A stretch of DNA of 64,000 bases, taken from contig OY970340.1 of NCBI GenBank assembly GCA_963717465.1, positions 1,120,001 through 1,184,000 on the forward strand, given 5' to 3'. The notes under the pieces are model-generated. The model was not told the origin of the DNA and did no database searches. It saw only the letters and a program-made list of their open reading frames with translations. Numbering within the stretch: position 1 is the stretch's first letter; each line of letters begins with the position of its first letter. Shown one piece after another: positions 41,008 to 51,402 of the stretch. The DNA is from Candidatus Bathyarchaeota archaeon (GTDB taxonomy: Archaea > Thermoproteota > Bathyarchaeia > Bathyarchaeales > Bathycorpusculaceae). Position numbers and translations under genes: made by a program.

Positions 41008-42018
41008 TTGGACGGTTATCAACGCCTTCCCCTTGGCACTCTCAAACTTCTATTTTCCACCATCGATATAAGTATAGCCGTAAGGCAAGTCGAGGCCCAG
41101 TACGTTAACTCCAAAAAAGGCAGACCCCACTATCCGGTTCGCTCCATGCTCCTTGCTTTGATGTTCATGTGTTTTGAAGCCGTACCAAGCGTGAGGAAGC
41201 TCTGCAGAAAACTCGAGAGAAGACATTACGCCAGGGAAATTTGCGAGTTTCAAGGCGACCAAGCGCCCAAACACAACACGTTTAGCCTCTTTATCAGCCG
41301 TGCAGGCCCAGAGACCATCGAAGGCCTATTCACAGAGCTCAGGGATCAAGCCTTCACCATGAACATAGTAGACAAGGACGAATGTGTGAAGGTTAGTTTG
41401 GACAGCACTTTCATGAAGGCGAATTCACGGCGTGGACGGAAAGGAGGCAAAGGTGATCGCGGCGCAAGGGTTGGCAAGATTGACCGCAGAAACTACGATG
41501 TCGGCTGGAGAGCCCATGCATCCACATCCATGTCGGCTTTGCCGTTAACATACGTTGTTAGGTCAGCAAATGTTAACGATAAAAAATCAGTTGAACCTTT
41601 GCTTAGGCAATCGTGCAGTTTGCTTAGTCGTTTTGGAAAGCGTGTCAGTCATGTCATTGCAGACAGGCAGTATTATTCAGCCGAGGTCTTTGCTGCAGTC
41701 TGGAAGCGAAAAGCGGAACCAATCATTCCTCATCCGTCTGGCGTTAAGGAGGCGTTGATTGATTTGTGGTTAACGAAACGTTTTAAGGTTAAGGGTGATG
41801 CGAGGTTGGTTGAGCTTTACAGGTTGAGGATGTCTGTTGAGAGAAGTTTTAGGGCTGGGAAGCTTGAGTTGATGATGGAGAATGTGGGTTGGAGGGGAAT
41901 GGCTAAAGTGCGGATGCATGTGGGAATCTGTTTTGCATGCGTTTATGCTGTAGCTATCTTGGCTCATAGTATAGGCAGACCGGAATTAGCAAATTGCATA
42001 GCAGCCTTTACTTACTAA
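41008..42018 (+). mobile_element. DDE transposase (IS5/IS1182/ISH-like)
   Basis: GRPHYPVRSMLLAL N-domain, LDST, ADRQY, YRLRMSVERSF catalytic motifs; GGAGGTGA RBS. Confidence 0.85.
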
Positions 42019-42909
42019 ATTTCAAAGAAGGCGTTGTTTGCAAAATTAAGCCCAAAATGAATTAATGACCAATTATGCGCGCATGTGGTCAGCTGAAGCG
42101 TCTCCTGGAACAAAATATCAAAGCCGTTGGCGAATCAAGCCCCGGCAGGATGGAACAACTACAAAAAAGCCTTAACGAAGGCAACTTTAGCGAAACCTTG
42201 GTACATTGTCTTCCAGTTCAGCGTTGTTATCTTTATTGGGTTAATCCTGCCCATAAAACAATGGAGACAAGTTAAGACTTCCTTAAAGGATAAAAAATGG
42301 CGTTAAACAGTAATGTTGAGTGGTGTTTGATAATTCGCAAGCATTATATCAAGCTCATTCTCGAAAAAAAGAAGACTTGGGATGCTCAGGACCCAAGGAC
42401 TCTTCGAGATAGGGTAAAGGATTGCGTTAGGAAACACGAAAACTAAGTTAATCGAAGGATATGCAACAGTTTCAGATGTGAAGAAAATGTCTGTTGCTAA
42501 AATGAAAAAGAATAACGACAAGCACTTTGCAAACGATTTTATAGATAATCATTGGAAAAATAGAAAATGGCTGTATGCTTTTGTTCTTTCAGAGGTTGAG
42601 CGCAATCCGAAAAAAGAACACTATCCGTCTTCACATGGTAATCCAAAAGTTCGCTTGCCGTAAAGGATATCTCTCAAGTTTTTTTGAACCTGGCTTAAGT
42701 CTTATTGTTGGATCTAAATGATTGGCAAACATGTCAGGTGGTGTGACTAATGACAAAAATAGATTACTAAATCTGAGAAATTGAGGTGCTCCTATTTACC
42801 TATGTTTACATATCTCTAACCGAATGACTACAAAGAATTTTAATTAGAATAGACAATTGTTACTAAACTTAAATACAGTTCATGCATTACAAAATTACAG
42901 GGTACGATT

Positions 42910-44400
42910 ATGAGGACTCCAGCCATTTATATGGATAAAGAAGAGGATAGGGTTAGAACCATCTTGGGCGGTACTCCTTTGAGTGCTGAAAATATACGAC
43001 TTAGTGAGGAAGCATTAGGAGCTCAATGGCATGGGACATCATGGTTCTTCTTGATGCATTTGATAGCTAAGACTTTCACAAAAGAAGATGAAATTAGGTT
43101 ATCAACCCTAAAAACCATTGTTCAAGATTACGGCATAAAAAACTGGATCAATGACTATAACCTTAAACAGCAGCTTGTTAAAATTGTGGATGTTTTTAAA
43201 CGAAGAGAATTAGGTAATGTACATTTAGATGGTGCTCTGTCGTTAAAAATTGATGGTTTAATATCGACCGATGAATTAAAAAAATATGCCGATCGACAAT
43301 ACGAGTATGCAATGGGAGAAGGACTAGTAAGGTACAGTGTGCCCAATAATACATGGTTTGACAGAAAGATGTCTGACTATGCAGAGCGCTTTTGGTGGCA
43401 CTACATGATTATGGTTTTTGACGGCCCGAAAATTTACAGCAGTTCTAGTGGAGAGAGCGCCTTAAAGGCACTTTATAACGACTTAGAAGAGAAAATGGGC
43501 GGAAAACAGTTAGCATTTCATGGTGTAGACCTGTGGCAGAAGCCGCATTTGGAACACGCACTATCATTATTGGAAGGCTGGGAAAGAGGGCTTATTACTC
43601 GTCGAGTTCTCGCCACATTTAAATTTGGGGATGTTGAATTCGTTGCCCCGCGTTTTTTTGCAGAACCAGACGCCAAACCGATTAGTGCAGCGATTTTTTC
43701 CGGTAAGGATAATGAACGGGTATTGAGATTAATTGAAAAGCTAAGGCGATTTCCCGCATATCCAGTATACAAAGGTAATATCGAAGAATATAATTTAAGC
43801 ACCGCTCTAGAAAGAGCAGGTGCAATTACAATAGTTGATGAGTCAGATACTAGTTACAGGGTCCCACACTTAGTTTATTTAGTTTCACGAGATATGGCAA
43901 ATAAAGCAAACAGGATTTTGGATTTTAAGTATGCTCCAAGAGGTCCTAATGTTGATTTTGGAGATAATTCATTAGCGGACGAAATGTTTAGAACCCTAGG
44001 TCGGGCTCGTGCATATGCTCAGAAAATTATTCCAGAAGCAAGACTGGACAAAACAGATTACACTTCTATGATTGAAAAGATACTGAGCAGCCTTGAAACA
44101 AGAAAGGAAGCGAATTTAGGAGAAATAACTTCGATTTTCACACCTTTGAGCGGTGTTATGGGGGCAATTGAAATTGACGAAAAAAGCTCACACGCGGTGG
44201 TCAAAGGAGGTTACGATTTTGTCATTAAATTCCTTAGAGATTTCTGGGAGCAAATTTTAACCGACCGTTCAGTAGCTGATGTATTCTATCCTGTAAGCAA
44301 AAGTGTTGAAAAAAGCGAATTTGAACAAACAACGAAAAGCGAAAAGAGCCAAGTTGAAATTCAGATAAAAAACAGCTTAAAATCATACTTTGCAAAGTGA
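42910..44400 (+). CDS. Hypothetical protein (496 aa)
   Basis: Long ORF after a TATA box (CTTAAATA near 42868); no motif recognised. Confidence 0.75.
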   Translation: MRTPAIYMDKEEDRVRTILGGTPLSAENIRLSEEALGAQWHGTSWFFLMHLIAKTFTKEDEIRLSTLKTIVQDYGIKNWINDYNLKQQLVKIVDVFKRRELGNVHLDGALSLKIDGLISTDELKKYADRQYEYAMGEGLVRYSVPNNTWFDRKMSDYAERFWWHYMIMVFDGPKIYSSSSGESALKALYNDLEEKMGGKQLAFHGVDLWQKPHLEHALSLLEGWERGLITRRVLATFKFGDVEFVAPRFFAEPDAKPISAAIFSGKDNERVLRLIEKLRRFPAYPVYKGNIEEYNLSTALERAGAITIVDESDTSYRVPHLVYLVSRDMANKANRILDFKYAPRGPNVDFGDNSLADEMFRTLGRARAYAQKIIPEARLDKTDYTSMIEKILSSLETRKEANLGEITSIFTPLSGVMGAIEIDEKSSHAVVKGGYDFVIKFLRDFWEQILTDRSVADVFYPVSKSVEKSEFEQTTKSEKSQVEIQIKNSLKSYFAK

Positions 44401-45415
44401 TATTATGGAAGATTTCTCAAAAGATAAAGCCAAATTCTTCAAAGATTTCGTTAGTCAGGAGATTTTAGAGAAGGAATCAATCGTAAGTCAAGAATCCCTG
44501 ATTAACATGAGTGAAGAAATCTCCCCAGAAATTATCAGGTGGGAAAATAACAAACCATCTTTACAACTTTGGCTCAAGTCACGATTGTTCGAGCCCGTCG
44601 TAGCATCAATCGGTGTCGAAAAATATATTGAAGACCTTCTCAGGTACAAGGGTGACAAACCAGAGAAAGAAGTCCAAATTAACTCTTTCCTAGCATCAAC
44701 CAATATTTCAAGTTCCTTGAATCTTTTTATCGTCGAATTATTGAGAAAACTTAATAATAAAAACAAATTATCACTCAATGAATCCCATTTTCAAGCATTG
44801 TCTGATATATATAAGCCTAGAAAAGATTTCAAGGCTACATTTAATGACACAAAATTCTTTGTAGATGAGATTGAAAATATTCGAGATATTTTGCTCAGGA
44901 CTTCTTTAGATTTGTTAACGGGATACAATTCAATGGAAGAGGGCTATTATTTAAGACCTGAACACAGGGTTGAGGATAATAAAATCCCAGACAATCTTAT
45001 AAAAATTGGTTCTATTTCCGATTTTACAATTAGGCAATTAACCACAATTTCACAAACTTATACATCTTCTTTAAAAATATGGATAATGGAAGGTTATGTC
45101 GTATGGAAATTTAGGGATCAACCGACAATATTCTTGAAATCTGGGCAAGCGTATTACTCACCGAACCGTTCAAAATACCTTAAAACAAATGACAAGGAGA
45201 TGGCAAAAAGACAGCTATTTCTTATTGAAGAAAAACTTGAAATTGCTCGAAAGTCTCCAACAGTGCCTTGCGCGATTTGTGGCGAGCGTTATACTTCAAA
45301 CATAATGTATCATTCTAGCAAAGGAATAGCCCCAATTTGCGAGAACTGCTCGAAAGATGAAAAAGTCAAAGGTCACGTGGCAACGTTAAGAAATAAAGAA
45401 GAACCTACCTCCTAA
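44390..45415 (+). CDS. Hypothetical protein with C-terminal zinc ribbon
   Basis: CAIC...CENC; abuts upstream gene (ATG at 44405 possible). Confidence 0.75.
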   Translation: MQSDIMEDFSKDKAKFFKDFVSQEILEKESIVSQESLINMSEEISPEIIRWENNKPSLQLWLKSRLFEPVVASIGVEKYIEDLLRYKGDKPEKEVQINSFLASTNISSSLNLFIVELLRKLNNKNKLSLNESHFQALSDIYKPRKDFKATFNDTKFFVDEIENIRDILLRTSLDLLTGYNSMEEGYYLRPEHRVEDNKIPDNLIKIGSISDFTIRQLTTISQTYTSSLKIWIMEGYVVWKFRDQPTIFLKSGQAYYSPNRSKYLKTNDKEMAKRQLFLIEEKLEIARKSPTVPCAICGERYTSNIMYHSSKGIAPICENCSKDEKVKGHVATLRNKEEPTS

Positions 45416-45426
45416 TAGGTGGTATT

Positions 45427-46809
45427 TTGACAATCAAACCCGACACTATTGACACTCTTATACAGCAAACAAGAGAGGCTCTTGAGGGTAGCAGATACGG
45501 AGATGCTTTAGCCAATGCTAGGATGGCGTGGAAGGAGGCAAAAAAACAGCTTAACAGAGTTAAAACAAAAGTTAACAGAATAGATGCCGTTACCGAAGAA
45601 AACATGGGCAAAATTGCCGAACAAAAGGAAAAACTGCAAGCATACCTCAGCACGATAGGTTCATTAATGCAAACAATCCGTAAAGAAAAGAAACATGCAG
45701 AAAAGTTCCGCCAGCTTATCGAAAAAATTCGCGAAGAAGGCATTACGGAAAAGATAGCGACCGTTCAATCTGAAATAGATAATCTGACATCAAAACCACG
45801 AACTCTAAATGGAACCGAACGCTACTTACTTTGCCTGAGAAGATGGAACTCTTTTACTCCTTTTCTTGCAAGTTATCCAGGTTCTAGCCAAGGAGGAGGA
45901 TACTTTTTAGCGTGGTGTAACAAAGGAATTGTTATTGATCCGGGCATTAATTTTATTCAAAATTTCCTATCATCTGGGTTCTCGATTTGCGATATTGATT
46001 CAGTAATTTTGACGCATTCTCACGTTGACCATACGGCAGATCTCGAAGCAATACTTACTTTAATGCATGAGTTGAATAAATATAACGAAACAAACAATAG
46101 GGAAACCCACAAAGTAGATTTTTTCCTTAATGTCGGCTCAGCGAATAAATTTATGCAGCTTTTTTCAGTATCATACGATTCCGTTGGAAATATTGTTGTC
46201 CTTAAACAAGATGATAATTATCAGGTCTCACCGGAAGTTTCTCTCGCAACATACGCTTCTTTCCACACAGATCTTTATGCAAATCGAGCGAAGTGCTTAG
46301 GGTTAATTCTTAACTGCAAAAGTGAAAAGAAGAAAATAAGCTTCGGTCTTACAAGTGATACTGGGTATTCACCGGACTTAGCAAATTACTATACTGCATT
46401 AGAGGACGGTTTGATTGTGCTTCATATCGGTTCAATTTTGGAGAAAGAGTTATCAATAGTTAAACCAAGAGAAAAATTCTACGAAGAACACCTTGGATTA
46501 CGAGGAATTTATAATTTGATTTATGACATCAAACCTAAATTAGCAATAATCTCCGAAATAGGTGAAGAACTGAAGGATACTATTCTGCCGATTGTTAAAG
46601 ACTTAGGCGACATATTTCCTAACACAAAGGTATTGCCAGCTGACATAGGATTAAGGATCGACTTATCTAGTTATGGTAGTCCGTTCAAGGTAGAATGCTT
46701 TAAATGTAAAACATACAAAAATATTTCCGAGATTATGTTTAGCCCGCCCAATGAAAGCAGTGGAAGCAGTGGGATTCAATTCACCTGCAAAACATGTGGA
46801 AAACAATAA
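45427..46809 (+). CDS. MBL-fold metallo-hydrolase with N-terminal coiled coil and C-terminal zinc ribbon
   Basis: LRRWNSFTP...GGGYFL...IVIDPG, THSHVDH, TSDTG, HLG; CFKC...CKTC. Confidence 0.85.
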   Translation: MTIKPDTIDTLIQQTREALEGSRYGDALANARMAWKEAKKQLNRVKTKVNRIDAVTEENMGKIAEQKEKLQAYLSTIGSLMQTIRKEKKHAEKFRQLIEKIREEGITEKIATVQSEIDNLTSKPRTLNGTERYLLCLRRWNSFTPFLASYPGSSQGGGYFLAWCNKGIVIDPGINFIQNFLSSGFSICDIDSVILTHSHVDHTADLEAILTLMHELNKYNETNNRETHKVDFFLNVGSANKFMQLFSVSYDSVGNIVVLKQDDNYQVSPEVSLATYASFHTDLYANRAKCLGLILNCKSEKKKISFGLTSDTGYSPDLANYYTALEDGLIVLHIGSILEKELSIVKPREKFYEEHLGLRGIYNLIYDIKPKLAIISEIGEELKDTILPIVKDLGDIFPNTKVLPADIGLRIDLSSYGSPFKVECFKCKTYKNISEIMFSPPNESSGSSGIQFTCKTCGKQ

Positions 46810-47432
46810 TCAACCTCAAACGGCTCTCCCGAGGTCATAAAAATTTTTTGTCTCTTTTTTAAGTGATATTTAGCTTCCTATATCGACATTCAACATAATG
46901 AGCTTGAAAACAAAAGAAATTTTGTGTTAGCACTTGGCTTTGCTTAGTAGTCTTGTTCCGCAGGTTTTGCATCCGTATTTTTACGTTGTGGAAAAACATC
47001 TTCACTGGAAAGATTATAAAGCTAGCCATATTTTTCCCATGCTGAATAAGCTTGATAAAAGTTGAAAATGGCAGCGTTGTGTGTTAAATGCACAGCAGTA
47101 GAAGGTGCTGAGATCCTTAATTTTAAGGAGACTCTTTAACCTTAAATATAACAAAGTTCACAATTTTTCTACTATAACTTAATTAATAGAGAATTGGAAT
47201 AGGCTAAATTTGAGGCTCAAATAGTCATCTTGTCATTCTATTTCCTAAAATTACATTATAGGAAAAGGGCGAGTGTTTAATTGCTAAACTGGCAATTATT
47301 TGAGTGAGTCAACCCCCACCCGACTAGGGGCTTTTTCTTAGGGCTTTGCTTAGCTAAAAGTTCTAAATACGCACAAATGAGTCGTGATTAATATTCGGCT
47401 GCTTTAAAAAGCGTTCCAGCATAAACCTTAAA

Positions 47433-47494
47433 TACTTGAAGTATGTTTATAGTACTTGCAGTACTTAAAACAAACTTAAGGTACACTTAAGGTA
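47433..47494. promoter_or_regulatory. Array of TACTTNA(A/G)GTA-like operator sites overlapping a TATA box
   Basis: TACTTGAAGTA 47433, TACTTGCAGTA 47453, AACTTAAGGTA 47473, CACTTAAGGTA 47484; related TACCTCAAGTA at 50291. Confidence 0.6.
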
Positions 47495-47679
47495 CGATAA
47501 AAATACTGCGGTGAGGTGGAATATGGAGAAGAATATGGAGAAAGCGTAAAAAGGCAGGACATTTCGCGGGCAGAAAATGCCCGCATACTACATTTAGATA
47601 AAAGCAGGTTATCGATAATCTTAAAAGTGAAATAGCGTTATAGTGGCTAAGAAATGTCTTTGCCTGAAGGGATATTTAA

Positions 47680-48531
47680 TTGATTACCCATTATATATCA
47701 GATTTAGGATTTGAAAATGAAAAATTAACTTTACGTTTTAATTCGAGCATGGCTGAGTCCTTAAGACTATTTTCTGGTCAGACACTATTTAGTTGCTTTG
47801 ATAAGGAAAAGGACCATAGACAACTCCTTCTCTCCCCAATTAAGCTGAATCCGACAATGAACTACTTCAGAGTATATATTAATAACGAAAGAGGTATACT
47901 TGAAAAAATATGTGAAGCCCTAAATGAATATGATGTCAACATCGCGGGATATGGGGCTTTTGTTCTTGGAAACCTAGCCGTTTTTGAAATAACAGCTGAT
48001 TTTAAAAATGCTAAAGGAAGCCCTGATATGATTCGAACAAAGTTACAAGAAATCGGAGGGGTAGTTATTCACAGAAGGCTGATTGAGCTCATTCCTCTGT
48101 TCTTTAACAATCAAACGGTAATTACGGTCGAAAAAGAGGGAAAAAACCACGATCCGATTAAAGAATGGTCTTTAAATATTCCTAAATCGATTGCTAGTGA
48201 AGTAGGCATAAATTGGAATGAAAAGTCTTTTGCAATAATTAGTAATTATTCTCGCATCCCAGCATTATTAGTTGAGTTCCTGCTACCAAACTCACCTATA
48301 GTAAAACTATCAGCTAATCTAGTAGATCAACCGGGTGCTTTGTTTCGTCTCTCAAATGTGCTTAAGGATTACATCGACATTAAGGCAAGTTTCCAAACTC
48401 TTCTTGATGAAAAGACAGAGAAATACATGGCCATTGGTATTTTAATACAAGGCAATACCGAAGGAATAAAAAGCGCTTTGGAAAATCTACCTCAAGTGAA
48501 AGAATTTAATATTGAAAGAATTGGATGGTGA
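47680..48531 (+). CDS. Tandem ACT-domain protein
   Basis: NERGILEKICEALNEYDVNI and DQPGALFRLSNVL ACT motifs. Confidence 0.7.
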   Translation: MITHYISDLGFENEKLTLRFNSSMAESLRLFSGQTLFSCFDKEKDHRQLLLSPIKLNPTMNYFRVYINNERGILEKICEALNEYDVNIAGYGAFVLGNLAVFEITADFKNAKGSPDMIRTKLQEIGGVVIHRRLIELIPLFFNNQTVITVEKEGKNHDPIKEWSLNIPKSIASEVGINWNEKSFAIISNYSRIPALLVEFLLPNSPIVKLSANLVDQPGALFRLSNVLKDYIDIKASFQTLLDEKTEKYMAIGILIQGNTEGIKSALENLPQVKEFNIERIGW

Positions 48532-48564
48532 ATAAACTTCGCAGACTTTATAGATCTTCGAGAA

Positions 48565-49359
48565 ATGCGTGAAGTTTTCAAGGACAATTTGAAGAAAATG
48601 CTGATGTATCGTGGAATAACTGCTGAAATAGAACTGCCTGATCTAACATTAGATGGGACCCATTATCGAATTTCGGCTTACTTAAGTAATGCGAGAATAA
48701 AAACAAACCCAGAAGAGAAGTCTTTTGAAGGGGAATTAAATGTAGAAATTGACTTAGAAGAAGGAAAGCTTCGTTTAGAATGGTATTGCCCATTCCATTT
48801 AATGGACAAACTAAATTGGATAGAAACTGACCTGAGTAGGGAAGAGGAAAAACTCGAATCGATAAACAAAGAAAGACTTGAAATGCTTGACAAAGTATTT
48901 CAGCTTGTCCTATATAACATGGCTTGTCAATTCCTTGAACAACTAACTTGGTATATGTTAAATGTTGATCCCCCTAATTATTTAAAATTGCGAATATTGA
49001 CAACATTGCTGCTTAAGAATCCTCGGTTAGTGTTGCCTCCTGCAGAGCCAAATGTAGATGTATTTGTATCTAGAAACAACGAAGGTTCTTACGATTTAGT
49101 GATGACATTGTACTTAATTGGCTTCTCTTTGGAGAATTATCCTCACATATCAAAAGCTTCAATAACTGTCGTTAATGAAGTTAAGAGTGGGAGAGAATCC
49201 TTCAATATATACCCAGTTGAGTTTACCTACAATAAAAATGAATTATCTGAGAAGGAGTTTGAAGAATACAAAGACCGATTTCTAGGCACTATTGTTAATC
49301 CTATGAAGGAATTATTTAAAGAATTGGATCCATTGGCATTTGCAATAGAGCTGAAGTAG
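48565..49359 (+). CDS. Hypothetical protein (264 aa)
   Basis: Long ORF in operon. Confidence 0.65.
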   Translation: MREVFKDNLKKMLMYRGITAEIELPDLTLDGTHYRISAYLSNARIKTNPEEKSFEGELNVEIDLEEGKLRLEWYCPFHLMDKLNWIETDLSREEEKLESINKERLEMLDKVFQLVLYNMACQFLEQLTWYMLNVDPPNYLKLRILTTLLLKNPRLVLPPAEPNVDVFVSRNNEGSYDLVMTLYLIGFSLENYPHISKASITVVNEVKSGRESFNIYPVEFTYNKNELSEKEFEEYKDRFLGTIVNPMKELFKELDPLAFAIELK

Positions 49360-49360
49360 A

Positions 49361-49924
49361 ATGACTGGCGATGGTCACCCGTCAAAATTGCAAAAATGGA
49401 AATGGCCAAGCAGGATAGTTATTATTTTTCTAATAATTGTAATTATCTTTTTAGGAGTGTATTGTCCGAATAATGTTGAGGTTTTGTTGACGGCAATAAT
49501 CTCAGTTGGGGCATGCGTTTTAGCATGGATTTTACTCGAATTGCATTTTCAAGAAAATATAAATGTTGAAGACCAGCAAGAAAAAGAAAGAATTATCATA
49601 TTGCTAAGAGACCCGTTTTGTGGGTTAATCTTAAAAATGTTAATAAAAAATCAAAGCATCAGAGTCGATGAATTTTTAAAACTCTTTGATGACTCGGACC
49701 ATAAGCGGTCTGCCCTTGATGCAATAGGTTCTTTATCAGAAATGGACTTTATTGCTTTTTTTGATTGGGCGATAAGCCCTGTAAATAAGGAACCTAACAC
49801 AAGCACAATTGTTTTTAAAATTCAACTTACGAACCAATTTGACGTCCTTTGGAATAAATACAAGAGGGACTTACAACCCTATCTCGCGGGGACAAGATTG
49901 CCGTCCGCCAAACCCGCCTATTAA
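49361..49924 (+). CDS. Membrane protein (2 TM helices) with possible C-terminal wHTH-like domain
   Basis: Two hydrophobic segments followed by a soluble helical domain. Confidence 0.6.
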   Translation: MTGDGHPSKLQKWKWPSRIVIIFLIIVIIFLGVYCPNNVEVLLTAIISVGACVLAWILLELHFQENINVEDQQEKERIIILLRDPFCGLILKMLIKNQSIRVDEFLKLFDDSDHKRSALDAIGSLSEMDFIAFFDWAISPVNKEPNTSTIVFKIQLTNQFDVLWNKYKRDLQPYLAGTRLPSAKPAY

Positions 49925-49930
49925 ATGGAT

Positions 49931-50257
49931 TTATGTAGCATGTAGTGCAGGCAATCGGTCAACAAAAACGGAATATTCTTCAGCGATTTGATATTTTCTA
50001 ACAGCCCTTCTCGGGTTAGTTTTCACTTGTCCGAGGGTTTGAACTGTCCATTCATCTTTTAATATACCCATACTTGCCAAAAGCCTAAGTGCATTAACAA
50101 TCGTTGTTTTTGAACCTTTAACTTGCTCACAAATCTGATTAAAATACAATTGTTTACCACCGCGCAACGTTCTGAGAATTTCATCAGCCTTCGGAATCCT
50201 GGCTATCTTAACAAGCATTAACACTTCTTTTTCATTGTATTGCTTAGTTGCTGCCAA
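49931..50257 (-). CDS. ArsR/HxlR-like winged-helix regulator
   Basis: ILRTL...LYFNQICEQVKGSKTTIVNALRLLASMGIL...RKYQI. Confidence 0.75.
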   Translation of the reverse strand: MAATKQYNEKEVLMLVKIARIPKADEILRTLRGGKQLYFNQICEQVKGSKTTIVNALRLLASMGILKDEWTVQTLGQVKTNPRRAVRKYQIAEEYSVFVDRLPALHAT

Positions 50258-50637
50258 ATCTATCCCTCCTTTTGCTCAGTATATTCGTAATACCTCAAGT
50301 ACGACAAACACAATTACTGCAAACTTCTAATAAAAGCTTTGTGCTTGCGATACGTTCTAACAATTTGCCCAACAAATAAGCAAGATGAGAAAACGATACC
50401 TTAAATCTTTCCAAAATGCTCGCTACCGATTCTTTATTCCCTTTTTATAATATCCTTTGCAAACCTCTGCAAGTAATTAAACCCAGTATGTATATCGTTT
50501 AAGTCGAGCCTTTTTTGCACCTTAAATGCAGCTATGATAGTATTATCATCTTTGATAATGTCACTGGCCACTGTTTCGCGGAACAGGTGAGGCCATAGAG
50601 TTTCGCTTGTTCGCCTTATCAGTAACAGCGCTAGTTT

Positions 50638-51394
50638 CTTCGAAATTCCAAACGGTGTTATCAGCATAGGGAAGCATGCCATCCATGGATGTTCAGCCCT
50701 TAGGAAAATAATAATCCCTCCGAGTGTGGCGATTGTGGAAAACAACCCGTTCTCCAGTTGTCCCTCTTTGACGTTGGTGAACCGCAGTCCCAATTTTATC
50801 TTTGAGAACGATGCATTGTACGACCGGAACAGGACATCAATCTTCTATTTTGCTATCAATAGCCCTTCAAAATCCTTCGTAATTCCGGAAGGGATTACTA
50901 CCATTCAAAGGCATTCATTTTTTGGCTGTATCAGCCTGTCAAGCGTGACCATTCCGAGCAGCGTGAAGGTCATTGGTTACAACCCTTTCGCCAACTGTCC
51001 TTCTTTGTCACTTGTTAACCATAGTCCTAACTTTGTGTATGAAAATGGTGTGTTGTATGACAGAACCAAGACCAAGCTAATGTACTACTCGATGCGTAAT
51101 CTTGGGAAGGAATTCTTGATCCCTCATACTGTCAGGACGATAGGACGGAATGCGTTCTTTGGGTGTAGCAATCTCAATTCTGTCATTATCTCTGATGGAG
51201 TGGATCGTGTAGATAAAGGAGCTTTCGCCTGTTGCACAGGACTAAAGAAACTCAATGTTGCTGGAAGCGTTGCTCACATTGAAGACTGGGCTTTTTATGG
51301 CTGTTCTAAATTGACATCCCTGAATGTGCCGAAGCATACTTCGATCGCAGACCATGCGTTTTCGAGGTGCCCCGTAAAGTTGACTAGATCTTAG
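50638..51394 (+). CDS. BspA-type leucine-rich repeat (LRR_5) protein; 5' end uncertain
   Basis: Repeats of IP.GV..IG..AF.GC..L..V.IP.SV; frame stays open upstream of 50726 (FEIPNGVISIGKHAIHGC). Confidence 0.8.
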
Positions 51395-51402
51395 GTGGAG
51401 CC

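Noticed and set aside
40860..42060. Terminal inverted repeats for the 41008-42018 transposase
   Set aside because: No convincing TIR pair or TSD could be found by eye, so element boundaries are left undefined.
50558..50590. In-frame TGA upstream of the LRR gene (MSLATVSRNR*GHR)
   Set aside because: The upstream peptide is not LRR-like and there is no Cys context or clear hairpin; more likely the edge of a captured fragment.
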